From: a bacterium
Lineage (GTDB): Bacteria; Hinthialibacterota; Hinthialibacteria; Hinthialibacterales; Hinthialibacteraceae
Length of the DNA stretch: 64,000 nucleotides
NCBI GenBank assembly: GCA_963662285.2
Contig: CAXXMV010000008.1
Location: 160,001-224,000 of the forward strand
Direction of reading: 5' to 3'
The position numbers and the translations under genes are program-made. Below the pieces are notes generated by a model, which did not search any database, was not told the DNA's origin, and saw nothing but the letters and a program-made list of their open reading frames with translations. Below are positions 59,484 through 64,000 of the stretch, piece after piece (position 1 is the first letter of the stretch; each line of letters begins with the position of its first letter).

Positions 59484-62405
59484 ATGCGAATCAATTTCCG
59501 CTATTTAACGGCAGGATTTTTTATTATTGTTGCCATCGGTTTGATAGCAACCTTAACTAATAAGATAAACGTTTCTTCCCAAAAGGTAAAAATCACTGTT
59601 CTCTCTGGAGAGGTTACCTACCAAAGTGATGACGGCGCAGTCAACGAACGCATAAAATCTGGAGAAGAGCTGAACGTATCATCCAATCAATTGGTATCCC
59701 GCACATTGATTCCTTCCACGACGAAAGAGGAATACTCGAATAGTAATCTAGAAATTATTCGTGAAGAATCGATCTTTGTGGCTCTCGATATATCGATCAT
59801 CGATACTGAAAACAAGCCTTTGAATGCGGTCTCTTGCACTATCCAAAATGCCACAAGTAAAGTCGAAGCGAAGACAGATGAAAATGGTCTTGTTGCAATC
59901 AACGATTTGCCCATAGGCGCGTACGTCGTTTCAGTGACGGATGATCGCATTTTCCCCATTAGAGATAAAACCATTGAGATATTTCAAAGTCAGAATCAAT
60001 TAACATTAACTGCATTGCGACGCGTGGAATTAGCCGGTTTCGTTAAAACAATCGAAGACCAACCCATCGCCAACGCCCGCTTAATCCTTTCCGCTTCATC
60101 ACGCCTTCAAGAAATTAAACAAGCCGATCTGAATGAAAAAAGCACAAAAGAAAATGGTTCGTTTCGTTTCAGTCCGCTGGTTTCCGGTACGTACGTTCTA
60201 ACTGCATCGGCGCCCGGTTATTTGATACATGAAGAATCAGTTCGCGCAAAAGATAATATCGAGCCGCAAACCATTTATCTTCACACTAAGAGCAGGATCA
60301 TGGTCCACGTTCAGGATAATGAATCCAATCCTATATTCTCCGCCAAAGTCACGCTGAAATCCAAACCTGGAACTGGGAGTATTGTGATGATCAGCGAAAC
60401 CAGCGATACGGTCGGTTTCACAGAATTTGAAGATGTTCCTCCCGGTGAATATGTGATTTATGCTGAGCATGTATGGTATACAAGCGGAGAAAAGTCACTA
60501 TGTGAAATCAAACTTGTTAAAGACCGGCATGAAGTAACTCTGACGTTGGAGAATAGAGAATCTTCTGTTTCGGGAAGAGTCTTAGAGAAAGAATCAGGTG
60601 AGCCAATATCTAATGCAAAAGTTGTTGCTTATGACTTTAGATATTTGAATTCTGATAATGCTCTGAAATGGGATAGAAACATTCGAGAATATACTGTTAA
60701 TAACCCACCAGCGGCTGAAAGTATTTCTAACCTAGAAGGGACATATCAATTAAATCTAAACAAGGGAGGCTCTTATGTAATAGGCGTCTTGCCAATGAAG
60801 GATTATGTTTATATTCCAATACATTATTTTCGAGGTTTTCGTACAACAGACTATGGTGAAGCACCTCAAGAAAATCCAGTTGTAATGTTTGACGGGAATA
60901 ATAAAATGACTGCTGACATTGCGCTAGAGAAATCATGGATTGTTTCTGGCAATGTTTTTTTGGATGATGGTTCACCAATTGTCGATGCTACTATTGTCGT
61001 TCGTATTAATGAATTCTTTGGAACATTCTCATTTGGGGAACTTATTCCTATCGGAATCTCTCAAAGTAAAAAATCAACAAACAATGGATACTTTGAAATT
61101 ATCAATAACCGTTTTATTCCTATAAATAAAAAAGTTTACATTTCTGCAGAACATTCTTTATTTGGGGTTTCGAACAAAGCCCTTGAAATTAAGCCTAGTC
61201 CAGGAACAAAACTGGAAAATATTAAGATTGTTTTTGATGCAAAAGCAAAAGTCTTATTGAAAGGAAATGTATATGATGAAGTTGGAAAACCTATACCTGA
61301 TGCAAGTATCACATTCGTTAATATTTCAAAAACAGTTTCTGATTCTAATGGTTTATTTGAAATATACATCGCATCAGGTGAGTATGAGATAATTGTTACA
61401 AAGCCAAAATATAAACCTTTAGATTTTAAGGCGAGGCTAGACCATGAATCAATAAAAAAATCCATGCGGCTTGTTATGGAAAAAGAAACAGAGTCATTTG
61501 AAGGCGTAGTAATTGATAATAATGGAAATCCTGTTTCAGGATGCATCGTTGAAGGGCAGTTTAATGGCGTCAAATATTTGGGTTATGATAGTATAAGAAT
61601 CACCGATAAGGATGGCCGTTTTTCTTTTTTTAGAACAAAAGCAGAAAAATTCATAGATGCATCTTTTGAAGTAAAGCCAACCAATGAATATGACAAAGCT
61701 AAAACTACTTGTACTGAATGGGCGTCAAAAAATATAACAATTGTCGTCAACAAATATACACAAGGATACTCAAATATAAATGGAAAAGTATTTAATTCAA
61801 TAAATGAACCTATACAAAATTATTCCATTTTTTTAATACCGTCTTCAAGACGTAAATTATTTGAATACGATCAAAAAGGTTCCCCAATATATCAAAGAGA
61901 TTACAAACAAATAATTGGTAATCCATATGGTAAATACAGTTTCGAACAAATCCCAGTTTCTGATGGACCCTTTGTGATTGTCGTTAATACCGGGAAAAAC
62001 TCTGTTAGCGTTTCTAAAATTTTTCACCTCCAAAAAGATCAAACTTTTAATATCGATATCATGCATAATACACCTTCATTTACAATCAAAGGTAGAATTA
62101 TTGATAAAAACACAAAAGACAAAGATGAATATTCAAAACATTTAATTCAAGTGTTTTTTGAAAATAAAATATATGGATTCACTTCATGGAGATATGGCTT
62201 ACCTGAAGTACCGAATATTTGTCATGCTTATGATCATGTTGAGGGATTAAAAATAGGAGATGAATTTACATTAAATGGAATACCCGTTCAGGGAGGAAAA
62301 TTGAGGATACATAGATTTTGGAATGAAACAATTATCCCCATCGCCCCCGGTCAACCGGGCGAAGTGCGTGATTTAGGGACAATATTGATTGATAGTCCAG
62401 AGTAG
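59484..62405 (+). CDS. Large membrane-anchored carboxypeptidase-regulatory-like repeat protein with a FecR-tail-like N-terminal segment
   Basis: GGGGAG RBS, TM helix, KITVLSGEV...IKSGEEL, then repeats of G.V.D..G.PI..A...G.F. Confidence 0.87.
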   Translation: MRINFRYLTAGFFIIVAIGLIATLTNKINVSSQKVKITVLSGEVTYQSDDGAVNERIKSGEELNVSSNQLVSRTLIPSTTKEEYSNSNLEIIREESIFVALDISIIDTENKPLNAVSCTIQNATSKVEAKTDENGLVAINDLPIGAYVVSVTDDRIFPIRDKTIEIFQSQNQLTLTALRRVELAGFVKTIEDQPIANARLILSASSRLQEIKQADLNEKSTKENGSFRFSPLVSGTYVLTASAPGYLIHEESVRAKDNIEPQTIYLHTKSRIMVHVQDNESNPIFSAKVTLKSKPGTGSIVMISETSDTVGFTEFEDVPPGEYVIYAEHVWYTSGEKSLCEIKLVKDRHEVTLTLENRESSVSGRVLEKESGEPISNAKVVAYDFRYLNSDNALKWDRNIREYTVNNPPAAESISNLEGTYQLNLNKGGSYVIGVLPMKDYVYIPIHYFRGFRTTDYGEAPQENPVVMFDGNNKMTADIALEKSWIVSGNVFLDDGSPIVDATIVVRINEFFGTFSFGELIPIGISQSKKSTNNGYFEIINNRFIPINKKVYISAEHSLFGVSNKALEIKPSPGTKLENIKIVFDAKAKVLLKGNVYDEVGKPIPDASITFVNISKTVSDSNGLFEIYIASGEYEIIVTKPKYKPLDFKARLDHESIKKSMRLVMEKETESFEGVVIDNNGNPVSGCIVEGQFNGVKYLGYDSIRITDKDGRFSFFRTKAEKFIDASFEVKPTNEYDKAKTTCTEWASKNITIVVNKYTQGYSNINGKVFNSINEPIQNYSIFLIPSSRRKLFEYDQKGSPIYQRDYKQIIGNPYGKYSFEQIPVSDGPFVIVVNTGKNSVSVSKIFHLQKDQTFNIDIMHNTPSFTIKGRIIDKNTKDKDEYSKHLIQVFFENKIYGFTSWRYGLPEVPNICHAYDHVEGLKIGDEFTLNGIPVQGGKLRIHRFWNETIIPIAPGQPGEVRDLGTILIDSPE

Positions 62406-62433
62406 GAATAAAAAGACTCTAAATAAACACTCT

Positions 62434-63741
62434 CTATCTCTTCAACCGCTTTGATATCCAATAGACTGGCAGTCCTGATAGAACAAGCGCAAATCCAAGC
62501 CAGGCGCCATAGGCCAACTGAGAATTGGCGTAGGTCAGGCTGCTATGAAACAGGATTCCACAGGATGCAATGTAAATTAGTGGAATCACCGGAAACAGCG
62601 GGACGCGAAACGGTCGTTGCAGGTTCGGTTCCCATTTCCTGAAGACGATAAGCGATATCCCCACCATCCCCATAAAAAGCCAATGCGCCGCAGAAGTGTA
62701 TATGACCAGTTGCTCAAATGATCCACTCAATAGAAGAAGGCAGGCGATCACGCCTTGAATCAAAAAAGCAGATAGAGGGACGGAAGATTTTGGATTCCAT
62801 TGTCCCAGGAAACGGAATAGTGAATGATCCTGCCCAAATGCATGATAGATTCTTCCACCGACCAGGATCATGCCATTGACCGAACCCAGGGCGCATATTA
62901 CCACCAAGGCGGATATAATGCGTCCTCCGGCTGTCCCCAGGCTTTGTTCCATAACCTGCGCCATGACGCCGCTAGAGGCCGCCATGCCCTGCGCTCCAAG
63001 GGCTGCAAGCAGCGCCAGGTTAATCAGCAGGTAAATCAAAGTAACGATGGCCAACCCCAAGAGCAGCGCACGTAGGATATTCTTCTCTGGCCGCTTGACC
63101 TCTGAAGCGACAAAGGCGCAATCGCTCCAACCGCCGAAGGTCAACTGTACAAAAATCAGCGCCATTAAAAAAGATTGGAATGTCACAGAAGAGGCTTTCA
63201 CTGGCTCTACAGGCGCCGGGGCGCCGGGTGAAAAGAAGAAAGCAACCAAGATCACGCCAACCAGACCAATGATCTGAGCTGAAGCCAGGATATTCTGGCT
63301 TATTTTTCCCTGACGCACTCCACAGCAATTAATGCCGGTAAAGATAATCACAGCACAAATTGCATATACAGTTTGAGCATGAGGAATAGGAAACAACTTG
63401 GCGCCATAAATTCCGGCGATGGCCGCCATCATGGCGATGTTGCCGCTATGGATGACCCACAGCCTACCCCAGGCGTACAAAAAGCCCGCCCAATCGCCGA
63501 ATGCATGATGCAGAAAGAAATAGTCCCCGCCCTCTTTGGGATGAGCCGAAGCCAACTCGGCGTAACACAACGCGCCGATGAAGGATAAGCCGCCGCCCAG
63601 TATCCAGACCAGAATTATCCAATGCGCCGAACCGAGAAAACCAGCGATAGTGGATGGCGTCTGATAAATGGCGCTGCCGATTATTATGCCGACTATTATG
63701 GCGGTGACGTCAAATAATCCTAGCGATTTTTGTTGAGTCAT
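62434..63741 (-). CDS. APC family amino acid permease
   Basis: GIIIGSAIY, GALCYAELAS..P.EGG.Y, FGGW, EVKRPEKN, RPFRVP. About 12 TM helices. Confidence 0.93.
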   Translation of the reverse strand: MTQQKSLGLFDVTAIIVGIIIGSAIYQTPSTIAGFLGSAHWIILVWILGGGLSFIGALCYAELASAHPKEGGDYFFLHHAFGDWAGFLYAWGRLWVIHSGNIAMMAAIAGIYGAKLFPIPHAQTVYAICAVIIFTGINCCGVRQGKISQNILASAQIIGLVGVILVAFFFSPGAPAPVEPVKASSVTFQSFLMALIFVQLTFGGWSDCAFVASEVKRPEKNILRALLLGLAIVTLIYLLINLALLAALGAQGMAASSGVMAQVMEQSLGTAGGRIISALVVICALGSVNGMILVGGRIYHAFGQDHSLFRFLGQWNPKSSVPLSAFLIQGVIACLLLLSGSFEQLVIYTSAAHWLFMGMVGISLIVFRKWEPNLQRPFRVPLFPVIPLIYIASCGILFHSSLTYANSQLAYGAWLGFALVLSGLPVYWISKRLKR

Positions 63742-63833
63742 GGTTGATTATAGTCATCCAGATATTATTAATGATGAAAGTGGATGAATCGCCTTTCCAA
63801 ATACTTGGTTGTATATTCACTTTTACGTAAAAT

Positions 63834-64000
63834 TCACCTCTGTACAGCCTTCATGGGTTTGATAGCCAATGTATACCCGAACGCTTGCAAAATACGTTGA
63901 AAGTTTTTCAAACGAGGATTTCCTTCAGGCGATAAGGTTTTATACAATTTTCCTCGATTGAGGTTGGTTTTTTTTGACAACTCTGTCATTCCGCCATTTA
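63834..64000 (-). CDS. Addiction-module antidote HTH protein (HI1420-like), 5'-partial
   Basis: The minus strand reads NGGMTELSKKTNLNRGKLYKTLSPEGNPRLKNFQRILQAFGYTLAIKPMKAVQR-stop. Absent from the ORF track. Confidence 0.8.
   Translation of the reverse strand, partial: NGGMTELSKKTNLNRGKLYKTLSPEGNPRLKNFQRILQAFGYTLAIKPMKAVQR

Noticed and set aside
59455-59486. Sequencing frameshift as the explanation for the split FecR
   Set aside because: Stops occur in both frames, and the downstream gene has its own RBS, ATG and TM helix.

Overview
A 64-kb stretch of bacterial chromosome. From memory, the prepilin family and the short C-terminal W-x-L-Y motif suggest a Sumerlaeota/OLB16-type candidate lineage; this is not verified. 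Contents in order: a long MoxR/DUF58/Bat (vWA-TPR) operon with an inserted, frameshifted GT2 glycosyltransferase and a TPR-parvulin gene, followed by a groEL without groES; several secreted proteins; a CRTAC1/ASPIC-UnbV plus TPR pair; a ribose-type sugar ABC transporter; a complete ISL3 element (25061-26451, 8-bp TSD TATCTTTT) that cuts the last 13 codons off a DUF6338-like gene and separates it from an unannotated 52-aa proline-rich ORF; two very large carboxypeptidase-regulatory-like repeat proteins; two hicAB loci and a partial antitoxin gene; Tat substrates; a MEMO1/AmrB protein; a histone H1-like protein; murA (Cys-to-Asp variant); an orphan Cys-rich histidine kinase; three GT-C-like membrane proteins; an orphan prepilin; a radical SAM protein; an AT-rich intergenic region with DnaA-box-like repeats; an ECF sigma/anti-sigma locus; and an APC permease. 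Intergenic spaces carry at least five families of palindromic dispersed repeats. I saw no rRNA, tRNA or CRISPR array. Best candidates for undescribed biology: (1) a shared C-terminal nonapeptide [TS]-x-[VI]-x-[DEH]-W-x-[LI]-[YFH] on four unrelated signal-peptide proteins, a possible sorting signal; (2) a FecR domain apparently split between the anti-sigma factor and the N-terminus of a 973-aa membrane-anchored repeat protein; (3) the DUF6338-like membrane protein plus polyproline peptide pair. All family assignments come from reading motifs by eye, not from database searches.
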